From positions 62,001 through 126,000 of the forward strand of contig JBEWZL010000246.1 of the NCBI GenBank assembly GCA_045837725.1: DNA of 64,000 nucleotides, in the 5' to 3' direction. The position numbers and the translations under genes are program-made. This DNA is from Vermamoeba vermiformis (taxonomy: Eukaryota). Below are positions 40,587 through 52,733 of the stretch, in pieces. The notes below the pieces were generated by a model. That model had not been told where the DNA came from. It saw only the letters and a program-made list of their open reading frames with translations, and searched no databases. How positions within the stretch are numbered: position 1 is the first letter of the stretch; the number at the start of each line of letters is the position of its first letter.

Positions 40587-42932
40587 TTAATTAATTTTGA
40601 CCCGCAGAATACTCTTCTTAGCGTGCTCATTAGTCGTTACATGATCTAAGAACAATTCAAGTTGCTTTTGCTCCGTTGGAAGATTGAATAGGGACGAGGC
40701 TTGATCCACAACCGTTGTGTATTGCTGCTGGTAATCTGCGATGAATTATACACGATTAGATTACCGAAAATAAAATGTAGCATATAATAACGATGCATAC
40801 CAGCACTGGTGGGAAGATTAATTGTTGGAGCGGAAACACTGATGACGCGATCCACTCGTCCAACACCAACAATCGAGGTCTTTTCCATCATCATCACTTT
40901 GCCTCGATAGTTCTTCTCGAATGCACTTGGCTTGTAGGTCTCAATTTCGTAGTGAATAAGTGGAAGAAAGATTGCTGTCGCTTTTTTGAAGGTCTGTTTC
41001 GGTGGTCGAAGTTGCCCCTTCGCTTTGAGTTTTCTTTCGGCTCTATCATGATTTTTTCCATCACTCGGAAAGATCCACCACAACAAACACTTAATGTGTG
41101 CTCTACCATAGAATACGTGGTAGATTTGATGTTGCGTGAATCGATCTGACTTCATAACCGCGATCTGCGCTCGAAAAGCCAAAGTACAGTTCACATCTTG
41201 AGTCTCGTTGCTTTTAACCACGTAAGTGAATCTCCGCTGGAGATCTCGCATGGCAACATTACTCACGTGGAACGCGACAATATCACCTGTGCACAAAAAA
41301 TTAGACCTAGATTACATCCAGTACTGAGTTAACTACCTGGCTTTGCCTCGCTTTTAACACTGTAATATGATTCCATGTTATTCCGCACATCAGAAACAAT
41401 ACCACCAGGATGGATGCAAACTTGATCAAAAGGTTTAAGCGTACCACCTATAGGCCGTTGTTAGTTATAAACTGCAGCAAAAAAAAGTCACGTGGTGTGC
41501 AATAAAGTTAATAATATGATAAAAATTAACCAACCAATCAGAATGTTGTAAATTGATGTACAACGACTGATAATCAACGTTTGGCTGTAAGGAAGTCATT
41601 TACTTACTCATAACGCGCCCTTCTAACACGGTGCCAACGCGAAATATATCGTGATGAATGATCATCTGGAATCTAAATGGCACCTCACAGAGCTCTTTAT
41701 ACGCGGTTTCATCGAAATTTGTTCGCAGTTGATCTGCTACCAACAACTTTTGCACGGAAGGACCGTTGAACCACGTGAACTTGTGAGCGATGCCCGAGGC
41801 AATGTTGCCACCTGTACGCACATCTATTGGCACGATTGCGTAGCACATGCCAACGGTACGATTGAGCAACTTGACCATCTTAGTCTTGGCTTCGTTGTAC
41901 ACTAAAGGCCCTCACATTAGTAATCTTTGTAGTTCTCGTGTCTCGTACAACAACATACTCTTTTGCAAGCCAAGAGGTTGATACGAAGGATATTTGTGCA
42001 AGTCAATGGCAACAATGACATTGCGGGCACTCATCATGAAACAACAACCAAAGATCGTGTCTTTGATGTACTCCGTGTAGTCATCGATCTCTTGGGGGTC
42101 TACATTAACAAGCACAAATCCGCCTAAACATAAAATATACGTTAAAAGAGAGAAATCAGCAGAATCACGTCGGCCTATACATTAATGCCATTAGTAAAGT
42201 TTAGTAGAGGCGCCGCAACATCGGATCTGAACCACATCTCGTATATGACTTACAGCAATAGCGTTAATAAATAATATTCGACGCAAGTGCTCCTGCACAG
42301 GTGCTTCGATCATAGTAATCTTCTTGTTATTGTTCAAGGTCTTGACGGTCGTCCTAGCTCGCGCTTTGACTCGATTCCAAGAACGAACAAACTTCTTAGT
42401 AGGAGCTTCATCTATCAGGGTATTTATCAAAAGCGACGCTCCTATTGTAATCAATTAGTAATGCACAGAATTGAAAAATTTTAAGCAAAAACGTACGAGA
42501 TGCGTCTTCGTTGTTCTCTAGTGCCAGATAATCTATTATGGAGAATATAAACTAACAGTATAATGCTAAAAATAATAGCTTACCAAGCATAGAAGGTGGA
42601 GATAAGACCAGTACGCTTAAGTTCTCACCGCATAGTCGGATCTTCTTCCGATTTTCAAGTACGTATTGAGCAATACCATGAATGCGTTTATTAACGCGCA
42701 TCAAATATATTAACGGAAATCTATCCAAAAAATCTAGGATGGTAATCAAGATCTGAAAACAATTTTAGAATATTTTTGCTAGTGAAATCAAATATGCAAA
42801 AATATATATTTAAAATATTGACAATAATATAATGCACAATTCTAATTATTCTTATCATTAGCCTGCGCACAAGCCAAATCTGACCTCGGTAGGCAATTCA
42901 GCGAACCATGAATACTTTTCAGTGTCTGCCAT
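40587..42932 (-). pseudogene. F-box + degenerate eEF1A-like fold, copy 3 (1-nt frameshift: pseudogene or sequencing error)
   Basis: F-box WFAELPTEILITILDFL..LMRVNKRI; same exons as copy 2; TTA ATG TAG versus TTA ATT GTA in copy 2 at ~42104. Confidence 0.7.
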
Positions 42933-43073
42933 TGAGAGTACTGTTATTAAAATGCACCAATTAATAATTACAGCTCGTTGCGCCCGAGGAGTTCACTTGG
43001 TGGTGTTTAAAACAAAATGTTGCGTTCTATTCTCACTGTCTTTTCAATTGCATAAGCACTACTCCCACTGACA

Positions 43074-43683
43074 ATGGAAAAACACAAACAAAGCTTAAAA
43101 TCAAAAAAGCGAAAGTTTGATCGCGTTGATCGTCACGAGGGGCCGCCCTCCGCAGAGAGACGACAGGAGAAGGGAGGACACAGCGAAGACGAAAGAAGGA
43201 AGGAGAAGGAGGAAGGGGCGGGGAATAGAGGGGGAAGCCCAGGGCCGAAGGAGGGGAGGGACGAGGGGGAGACGAGGAGAGGGGGGGGGCGGGCGGGGGG
43301 GGCGGGGGGGATTAGGTCAATACTTACACTCGCACTTTATCGATCCACATGACGATCGAGCGTACAAAACTATTGGAGGCAAGCAACACTCGAGATCTAT
43401 AGCTGTTATCTACTACTTGACACCACATTGGACAGAGGAAGAAGGTATATTTTTCATTGAATCCACGATCCGACGCAAGTTTAATTCCTGATTTTCTTAA
43501 TTAGGAGGTGCCTTAATTGACATCGATGGTGACTCCAAGAAGTATGTTCCGGAGTTTAACTCGCTAATTGCATTCACTGTTCCTCGCTGGCATCAAGTCG
43601 AGGTTATGCAAACAGATCGCCCTCGGTACTCGATCTTCGGTTGGTTTTTGGAACCAGGACAATTGTATGATCTAGCTACATAA
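43074..43683 (+). CDS. 2OG-Fe(II) oxygenase (prolyl-hydroxylase-like); middle part looks corrupted
   Basis: FIDPHDD, IAVIYYLT..W..EGGAL, PEFNSLIAF, WHQV, RYSIFGWF; the 5' ORF and catalytic exons are out of frame across the G-rich stretch. Confidence 0.75.
43130..43310 (+). repeat. Purine/G-rich low-complexity tract
   Basis: Almost no T; ends in G runs (GGGGGGGGGCGGGCGGGGGGGGCGGGGGGG). Confidence 0.9.
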
Positions 43684-44612
43684 ATTATGGCATCATACAT
43701 CAAAAAACAGTTCTTGAACTGCGGATCGAACGCGTGCACAAGATCGGATGCGACCCGGTACCATGAAGTAAGAAAACGGAAAGTAACGATTCTAGTAAAA
43801 AAAGTTACTGGCCGCCATTCATTGCAAGATTTACGGAATGAATGAGCTCAAATCGCGAGCCCACATCAATAAATCCTTTTTGAGTAAAATGGCAAATTGC
43901 GGCAATGTTTCGGATAAACAGAGAATCAATAATTGATTATGACAAACAAGGTGAATATACTTCACTTTGCCAAGTCTAATCTCGCGATTGACAAGATTGA
44001 GATTTGTGGATTGGAATTCAGTCGGACGTAATCTGATTGAATCACCCCTATTCGCGAGCGCCTATCAATAGTAGCTCTCCGAGCTATTGAAGCTCTGTTT
44101 TGTTGGTCCGCGCGATTTGTGCTATTTAATAAATTTACTTTTTTTGGATTTGGGTTTGTTTTGTGCGAACTACTCAGGGTTCAAGTAAAGATTTTGTGAC
44201 CTTGTAAATAAGAACACTACTAGTGGATAGATCCGAGTGTTTATATTATCGCGCTCGAGGAATATTTCGTAGTTAGTATCACTTTTTTTGATCACCAAGA
44301 CACACAAAAACAAATCTAACCCAAGTAAGCATCGTAATATATTTAAATAATTATAAATGCTATGAAAATAATTTTATGCTTTCTGTAAATGCTTTCACAT
44401 GCTTTTCAATTCCAGATTTAATTTCTCCCACCAACTAAAACGCAAATCAATTGCATAATTTATGCGCGAATAAATACTATCTAATATCGTAATTATATAT
44501 TTGAAATAATCATACTATTTAAGAGTCACCAACGGCTACTATGGAATTTTCATTAATTTAGAAATTTGTCTGTATTGACTGATTTTCGCAGCATTACAGA
44601 GCCAAAATCAAT

Positions 44613-47061
44613 ATGGCTTCGTTGAATAATACACCAGGTGGTCAGAATCCAAATCAAGTCCAGTGTTGGATTGATCGATTTTTCATCGGCACCAAGTGGA
44701 CGAATCTTCGACCAAGAATCAATATTAGAGGAGCAAATGGCACAAAAATATTGTTAGAAGCTACTCATATCGAAAAGAAAATATACAAAGTCTCTGAAGC
44801 GACTGTAGACGCCGATCCGTATTCGATGGATCTTCCCTTTGAATGCGAAAAGAGTGGACTTTGGAAGGTACTTAATATATTTTATATAGATCATATTATC
44901 CCGCTTTAGACCATTTCTTATAATTTAGAAAAACTTTTTGAAATTGCTTTGGCAGACAAACGAGGATGCGCTCGTCATTTAATTTTTGTATTTTTATTTA
45001 TGCTCCGCGAGAGTATCAAATAGATTACGTAAATATTTTCATACATTTTTGTTATTCTCGTTAAATCAAAACGAGAAAGGCTGGACTTATGTAGGTCCGG
45101 ATGGAGAATCTTTCAAGGAATAACTCAATCTGAAACACTTTATTTATAATATTTGATACCACGGCGCGTTTAATTGCCACAAGCGATCGCAATCTAAAGT
45201 TAATTGTAATTTCAATGTGTTTTCTAAGATTGACTTAGCCGAACCAAAATAATATAATTGCCTTTATTTACCTTTAAAAATTTTAATTATTATAATAAGG
45301 CGGACAAACTACGTTATTTACGGCTTACATCATATTACCTATACCGATCTTTTTATTAATATTTTTTGCCACTTAGATCACGGTCTCGATCCCCTCACGT
45401 GGCATGGCCTCAACCAAGTTCGAGTTCCCTATTGCCGCCGTATCAAACACGCGCACTCAGATCATCGACTCGATGAAGAAGCTCGAGGCCTACCCGCTGC
45501 AGCTCACCTCGCAGACTTTGTCCACAATCTTGCAAGACTTCACTGAACGCGAAGAGTTGCGATCATTCAACACTTTGGAAATTTCATTCCTTTCGCAGCA
45601 CTATGAATCAAATCCTACATTTTTCTGGCGCTGGTTAATCCCGCGCATCAAAGCGATTTCTAGATCTCAAGATGTGGGCAAAAACGTCAATTATTTCCGC
45701 GAGCTGTTTTCAGAGACATACTGGCTGCTAATCGATAAAGAAACCGCGGCTGATTTGATCAGCGACATGGGCTCCGGAACAGTTTTGTTCAGCACATCCC
45801 GAAGTGACAAGGATGCGATCTTGGTCTCGTCAATCGTCGAAGAAGATCGCGTGCAGCACTGGAAACATCTTATGACGCCGTTAATTACTCCGATCACAGC
45901 ACTTTTGGACCATTTGAAAGACAGGTGGACCATGGACCAAATCAGACTTGTAAGTTATGACTCACACGGGACAAATTTGACGCGCTGATTTAATTCCGTT
46001 TTTATATACTTTTGCGTTTAATTATAATAGTATACCACTTAAATACGATATTACCCAATTTGTCCGACAAAGCGATTCGAAAAATTCACTCGAAAAATCT
46101 ATTAACGGATCTTGCGTGCGTATCGGATAAATTAATATTTTATTACGTTTACTATGATTATATCGCTTGAATATTTATTATACATCATTTAAACTGCTTA
46201 GATTCATTAATAATAATCATTTGTCTAACATTTTATCATCATCGTTAGTTCCAATACAAAACATCAGCCACACATTCAATCGCCGACATAATTTCAGCCA
46301 TTAATAAGAGGAAAGCTTACGGAGAATCAACACTACACCCTGTTAAAGTTCGAAGAGTATCTGGCCGCGATGACGTTTCGCGATCTAGCGCTGGTGACTC
46401 AGAATCACGTCGATTGAGCGCTGATTATTCAGGCCAATTGAGTCCTAATTCATCGTGGAGCGAATCTCCGAGCCCATTTTACGACCCTCACGGCTCGATC
46501 TCGGGCGAGTCTCACATGGTTGAAGCCAACTCGCCGAACCCTATGGCCTTCGTAGAGCAACAACAAAACATGAATAATTCACAGACCTTCCCTGCGCAAA
46601 TGTACAATCCGTCCAATCAGCAACAAGGCATGATGCAACAGAATTCGTTCCAGGGCAACAACCAGTTTCAGCCGGGCAACGCCAAACAAGCGCCGCACTT
46701 GCAAGGCAACCCGAGATTGCAACAACAACGAGCCTTCCAAGAACAGTTACACCAGCAACCTCAAATGCACAATCCGTTCCAACAACAGCCGCCACATCTG
46801 CAACAACCTGGCCAACATCCGGGTCAACAACAGTACTTCCAGCCAATCAAGGAAGAAAACCCGTTCGATTATCACCAATATCAGATGTCCAATGACATGA
46901 ACGCGCCGTTCTGGGGTACGAATAGTGCGAACAATAGCAGCGAGACTTTGAATATGAACGCTGTCAACCAACAACAGATGCAGCAACAAAACAACCAAAA
47001 TCCTCAGATGAATCCGAATATGCCTGGGTATCCTTGGTCGATCGACATTTTGAAGCAATAA
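44613..47061 (+). CDS. STAT-like protein: linker + degenerate SH2 + Q/N-rich tail
   Basis: PIAAVSN..Q, FFWRW, LIDKETAADLI..GTVLFSTSRS..AILVS..VQHW follow the STAT linker-SH2 pattern; Q/N/P-rich C-terminus; probable 5'UTR intron 44324-44591. Confidence 0.6.
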
Positions 47062-47349
47062 TTGCGATTTTTATCAAACATAGTGCTTATCGAACGTCAG
47101 AAATTTAGATGGATGTGCGACATCTGACAATTTGTTGTAATTAATAAGCAAAATAACGTATGTATCTCAAGTTGTAAAAAATAAAGTTTAGTCATTATAT
47201 AACGCATTTTCTTGAATTCCAGACAAAGAGTAAGACTTTGTTCCGCGCTTTTTCGCAGATGCACAATTTAAAGTGCGTGCGACCGTTATTTCGTAATTAT
47301 TCATTTTCCAACAACAAGAAACACATAAGTGTTCGTGTAAATAAGACTC

Positions 47350-48170
47350 ATGGAATTGTTACCTTTAGCGGAAGCAAAAGTTTATTACAAATCCGATTTT
47401 ATATCGGAAGACGAGGCAACACGATACTACAAAGCATTATTATCCTTGCCTTTCGCAGAAAAAGGCCTAGTATCGAAGAATTACGACCCTGTTACCAATA
47501 CAGAGATGGCCGAAGCAAAGACTAACGCGAACAAGCAATCCAGTAAAGCTCCAACCGGATATTATCGATTAAATAGACGCACCTGCGCATTGGGTGATCA
47601 AGAAGTAATTAATAAGGCTCCTCCTGGTAATTACTAATTTCTACAATTTAAAAATAATTATCGAACGAAATTGAATTATTAATCGAGCCTTCTTATTCAG
47701 CCATTTGGGGAACCGACATAATAAATCCTTGGACTACTGAGGCTAAAGAAATTAAGGACGCTGTAGAAAAAATTACAGGTAAGAAGTATATCAAGCACGA
47801 ACGGGACCTTTCTAACTCGTCTTAATTGGTAGGCGATACATATAACGTTTGCTTGGTCAATTTCTACAAAGATGGAAGCGATACCATTGGTACTCACTCC
47901 GATAATGAAGAGTTGGGCGACACACGGTCGATCGCATCCATTAGTTTAGGCGCAGAACGATTATTTTTCTTGCGAGCGAAGAACTCAAAGGAACGATATG
48001 AGGTCCGCTTAGCTAACGGGTCCTTATTGGTCATGAAGGACAAGTGCCAAGAGAACTACTTGCACGGAGTTCCTGCCGAGAAGTCGATCACGCAAGGTCG
48101 AATCAACTTGACCTTCCGAAAGTTTTTGTACCCTAACGTAGTCTCTAAAGATCAATCTGAGACAAAATAA
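47350..48170 (+). CDS. AlkB-family (ALKBH2/3-like) dioxygenase
   Basis: LVNFYKDGSDTIGTHSD, IASISLGAER, NGSLLVM, YLHGVP, RINLTFR. Confidence 0.92.
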
Positions 48171-48646
48171 GGGCTAAATATTGTAAATACAACCGCGAAA
48201 CTGATGTAAAATAAAATTAATTGGTCCAATCTCGTTTTAATCTCGAACCCTTTTCGGCAATTGTATACATTCAAATACTTCACTTCACCTGGCCATCGTT
48301 ATAGTCCTTTTTGTCGTTGTACTGACATGTTGAAGTTTTGACTGTCAAATTTTTTGCTAGGTTTTGGCGGTCAAAATTTCCTTGTTTGGCGTCGTGCAAC
48401 GGAACTCTAATAATTTTATTTTAAAACAAATCATAGGAATAAACGACGGAGAGTCGATTAGATCATCTTGTTAAAATCAACGTGGTTGATAAACCAAGTT
48501 CCGAAGTTCACTTCACGAACCAGATTTCCGCTGGGTAAGCGATGAATAAGGCCGCTTCGAGCTAATAACGCTCTAATATATTGTGATATTAATATTTATG
48601 TAGTATTTGAAAGACGGCTTGGTTTTGAATCGATATTCAGCCCACC

Positions 48647-51600
48647 ATGTTGAACTCTCCGAAAAGTGCTATTCCTACGAACAGTCTTATCAAAGGAAAA
48701 TATAAATTAGTTAAGAAAATTGGCCAAGGTGCCTTTGGTAAGTCAATTTTAAAATCTGGCTTGAAATTATGACGCGAGCAATTGCATCAGATCTTTCCGT
48801 TCGTTAAATAATTTAACCACACTATTTATGTTGTAATAATACAAAATAGTGATTATGTAAATTCTTAATAACTGTATGGCGCTGTAGAATTGCCCCCAAA
48901 CATTTCGCAATTTGTGTAACGAACTTTCGAAATCCGATTATTATCCATAATTTGGATTATCAACATATTGATATCATATTATTCACATCAAAATTAACAA
49001 TGCTAAAATACGCTTCTTTTTTTTACTCGATCTTGACACGATCTCGCATCACGTTTTGTATAAACGAATTATTATGAATTTTCGTTCCCTAGAACAATCT
49101 AGAATTCTTCTAATTCGCATAATTAGGCGAGATCTATTCGGGAAAGGCTATTGGCACGACAGGCAATGAACTTGTCGCGATTAAATTTGAAAAAGTAGAT
49201 GTAAAGAAGCAAGTACTCAAACTCGAAGTTGCTATATTAAGGAAACTACAAGAGAGTAAGTATATTAATTTATATGCATATTTATCTCGTTTAAAATCGA
49301 GGGAGAAAAAAATACAACTTTCTTTCGTTACACAACTGAACTTGACTCGCTGAAACTATTGCAAAGATTAATTATGATCAATTATATTACGTAATATAAC
49401 ATCTTTAGCGTATATTGGCGATTTATAGCAAAATTAATTGGTCTCTAGAGTCATTTTTTAGCCCGTGTTGTCGGTTAGTTTATTAACCTTTGATTTTAAG
49501 GCTGTCCCTATGTAGCGAGATTTATCACGTGCGGTCGTATTAACGACTACAACTACATGGTTATGGAGCTATTAGGCGAAAATATTTCAGAACTCAGACG
49601 ACGACAGCCTCTCGGAAAGTACGTGGTTCACATCGGTCCTTAAAATTAATTACTAGGCGTCAGATTGTGCTAGTATTTAGCTACAGTACTATGATCGGCA
49701 TTATATAGAATAACTTACTTAACGTGCCAATGCCTTAAAAAATTTAAATTTGTTCCGGCCGAAAATCTTTGCCTCATTGGCATCTCGGCATTGTTCTCCG
49801 ACAACTAGGCAATATTTATTACGCAGTATTAACATGACATTTTTTTTCTCATTTAGATTTTCAATGCCGACGACACTACGGCTAGGCATACAAATGATCA
49901 CAATATTAGAATCAATACATGACATGGGCTACGTGCACCGTGACGTCAAACCAGTACGTAATATTCATCATACTATTAATAGATATACCTAGGCATATTA
50001 TAATATACTGAGATGCGTGGTAATAGTTGCTAATTACATTATTTTTAGTCAAATTTTGTGCTCGGACTTGGATCCAAAAAGTCTAATATATACGTCATTG
50101 ATTTTGGTCTAGCAAGGCGATTTGTTGGACCAGATGGCGAGGTTCGACCCGTATCCTTATACTACTATATAATGATTATTACCAATCTCAAAAATGGGCT
50201 CGAGATCTAGCACTTTACAACGGAATTTTTTCCTTGACCTTAACTACTTTATAGGCACGTGATCAAACAGGATTTCGTGGCACAGCACGATATGCGTCGA
50301 TAAACTCACATTTATGTCGAGTAAGTTCACGATAAAGTTTGAATATTTTTGTGCAGATGCTGATCCAAAATAACTTACGCGCTTATTTATTCCAAATATT
50401 TAATATCAATTATTAATTAATTTTTATTTAGGATCTGGGTCGACGAGATGACCTATGGTCAGTGTTTTATATTTTAATAGAATCAGTGAAGGGTTATTTG
50501 CCGTGGCGCAAATTGAAGGACAAAGACAAGATTGGCGAATTAAAAATTAAATTGAACACGCCAGAACTGGTCCGAGACTTACCAAATGAATTTTTGGTGT
50601 TCATGGATCACTTGCAAGCACTCGAGTTCACTGACAGACCCGATTATACTATGTTGATAAGCCTATTAGAGGTGCGTAATATTTGGATATTTTCTTTTAT
50701 CAAATTACCAACGCTGATATCGCGTGACAGTGGAAAAATATTTTATTTCCTTTTAAGTATCTACTAGGACGTGTTACTTATATGTCTATCGTAATACTAT
50801 ATGAGATTGTACACAATAATTAATTTAATATTTCATATTATAGGACCTCTACACTAAAGTTGGAGGCAAGCCTGACACCCCGTTTGACTGGGAAATTAAT
50901 CACACAAATATATTGGAAGCATCGATCAATTTATCAGATATTGGGTATGTTGTGATTATACTAGGCATCTATAATAGATACCACGTTTTGATTTATCAAT
51001 TTTATTCCTTGACGGCAAGAAAATTGACCCGTTTTGGCACGATCCACACGTACTTTTCGTCGATATTTATACCTTGTATTTAGTCGAATCAACCAAGATC
51101 TGGCAGCTGAAGCTAGACAGCTCCGTCTACTGTCAAATAAGAGGTCGGGATCAATAGAGCCCGAAGGTCCAGATCCACCAGCGTGGTTCTCATCTGGCGA
51201 GCCGATCGGATCTCCAGCGAACAATTCTCGCGAAGAGATTAAAGGAGGCGATGAATCTTCGTAAGTACATAATGCATTAATTAAATATAATACAAGAAGT
51301 ATTGCTCCAACAATTTTTTTGAACTGGATCGAGCTTTCGAAAAATAAGACTAACTTCTATATTGCTGTAGTGAGTCTAACGATGGTGCCTTTAATGGAGG
51401 CAGCTCGAAAGACAAGTCGCATGAAGACGCTGGACCTGCTAATAACAGAGCCGCAAGTATTCCACAGGATTCGAAGAGATCCAGTAACGAACCCGCATCT
51501 CAACACGAAGCAAACAAAAACTCTGCGCGACAAGCTAGCGAACGTTCTAATAATAAGGATCATAACTACGAGATGAAAGTTGTTCCTTCAAGCAAGTCTA

Positions 51601-51698
51601 CCACAACGCCTAGGCCGACAAATCCGACTCGTCAGCCGGAACCCTCAAAAGAAAAAAGTCAAGGCTGCGCGTGCGTAAAAACGTGCGTAATCATGTAA
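48647..51698 (+). CDS. Tau-tubulin kinase-like (CK1 group) kinase with C-terminal CaaX
   Basis: IGQGAFGEIY, VAIKFE, KQVLKLEVAILRKLQ, TTLRLGIQM, HRDVKPSNF, IDFGLAR, GFRGTARYASINSH, GRRDDLWS; ends CACVKTCVIM*. Confidence 0.93.
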
Positions 51699-51845
51699 TA
51701 TTTATAATTTGGAACGCGTTGTTGGTCTTTATTGACGGATCAGCAACTCGTTCGTAGATTTCATTTTTTCGAACGTCGTATTTATTTGCTTTTTGTTGCT
51801 GTAAATAAATTTTGCAACAATTTACGCCCAAATAATCTTTATTCT

Positions 51846-52490
51846 TTAATGCTCGACAGTCATTTCATGCGATTTTAGGCCATTTTTCAAATGCCGCGAA
51901 TGTTCCTTGACTTCTTTTTCAACTTCATCTGCTTCGAACATCATTTCATGCAACAGTTCAAGTGTAGCTGAGAAATATGCTACGAAAGCTATGTTGTCGA
52001 ACGTCTCACCGACGGATTCTTGAACGATGAAGAAAATAATATGGAAAAAGCGCACCAGCTTGTAGCAGTAGAAAGATACGCGTGTCCAAGGGAACCATTT
52101 AAGCATTGTTCTATAATGGCCAACTAAGACGAAGATCATCAAGCCGTAGGCCACCATTGCGTGGATTTGATCGCTGTTCATCGCATCCCACGCGTTTCCG
52201 TGACCTTTGACTAAGAATAAATATGCGACGATTGAACTAGCTCCGGCGGCAGTGAGTGCGTTAATCTTGATGTAGCGTTGCCAAAACTTTTTGCGGTGAA
52301 TCAAAACTGAGCAAGCGATCAAGATCGCCAAGCGAGGATACGTTGTGTAAGCAAAAATCTTGAAGTCCAAGTCTTCAGGCAGAAAGTCCAATAAGATAGG
52401 ATTGATTGCAGTGTACAGCTCGATAATAATTGTCAAAGCGTAGACAATCCAAGCGACTTTGCCTCTTTGAAGTGGAATCCGTAAAGTCAT
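51846..52490 (-). CDS. Uncharacterised multi-pass membrane protein (intronless)
   Basis: ~214-aa ORF with about six hydrophobic segments; paralog of 52734-53390. Confidence 0.75.
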   Translation of the reverse strand: MTLRIPLQRGKVAWIVYALTIIIELYTAINPILLDFLPEDLDFKIFAYTTYPRLAILIACSVLIHRKKFWQRYIKINALTAAGASSIVAYLFLVKGHGNAWDAMNSDQIHAMVAYGLMIFVLVGHYRTMLKWFPWTRVSFYCYKLVRFFHIIFFIVQESVGETFDNIAFVAYFSATLELLHEMMFEADEVEKEVKEHSRHLKNGLKSHEMTVEH

Positions 52491-52614
52491 GGTGCTAAAG
52501 CAACAATTTAAATACAAAATAACAATGTACAGTACTAAATAAGACTTACATTATATCCAACGTCTATTGAATAAACAATTGTTTCAAAATCGGGTTTTTA
52601 ACTTTGCGCTTACA

Positions 52615-52637
52615 TTCATGTGAGTCGTTCACATGAA
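52615..52637. promoter_or_regulatory. Palindrome TTCATGTGA-N5-TCACATGAA in the divergent intergenic region
   Basis: Perfect 9-bp inverted repeat close to the midpoint between two divergent ATGs. Confidence 0.4.
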
Positions 52638-52733
52638 CGTGGACGTGTCGAATGTCGTTAAATTTGGGAACTTGTAACTTTTCAAGCAGATTCATGCAAT
52701 ATTCGAGCAAAGCAAGTTTTTAATAGGAAGAAA

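Noticed and set aside
38204-41902. Calling these canonical eEF1A/HBS1/eRF3 genes
   Set aside because: GTPase motifs are absent, identity is low and an F-box is fused upstream.
42139-42175. Cryptic acceptor giving ADVILLISLF* (VDVLLLIQYLL* in copy 2), as an alternative exon
   Set aside because: It ends in a stop, has no support without RNA data, and may be just shared intron sequence.
43074-43491. Gly/Arg/Glu-rich ORFs as RGG-type proteins
   Set aside because: They derive from the G-rich tract that is likely an artefact.
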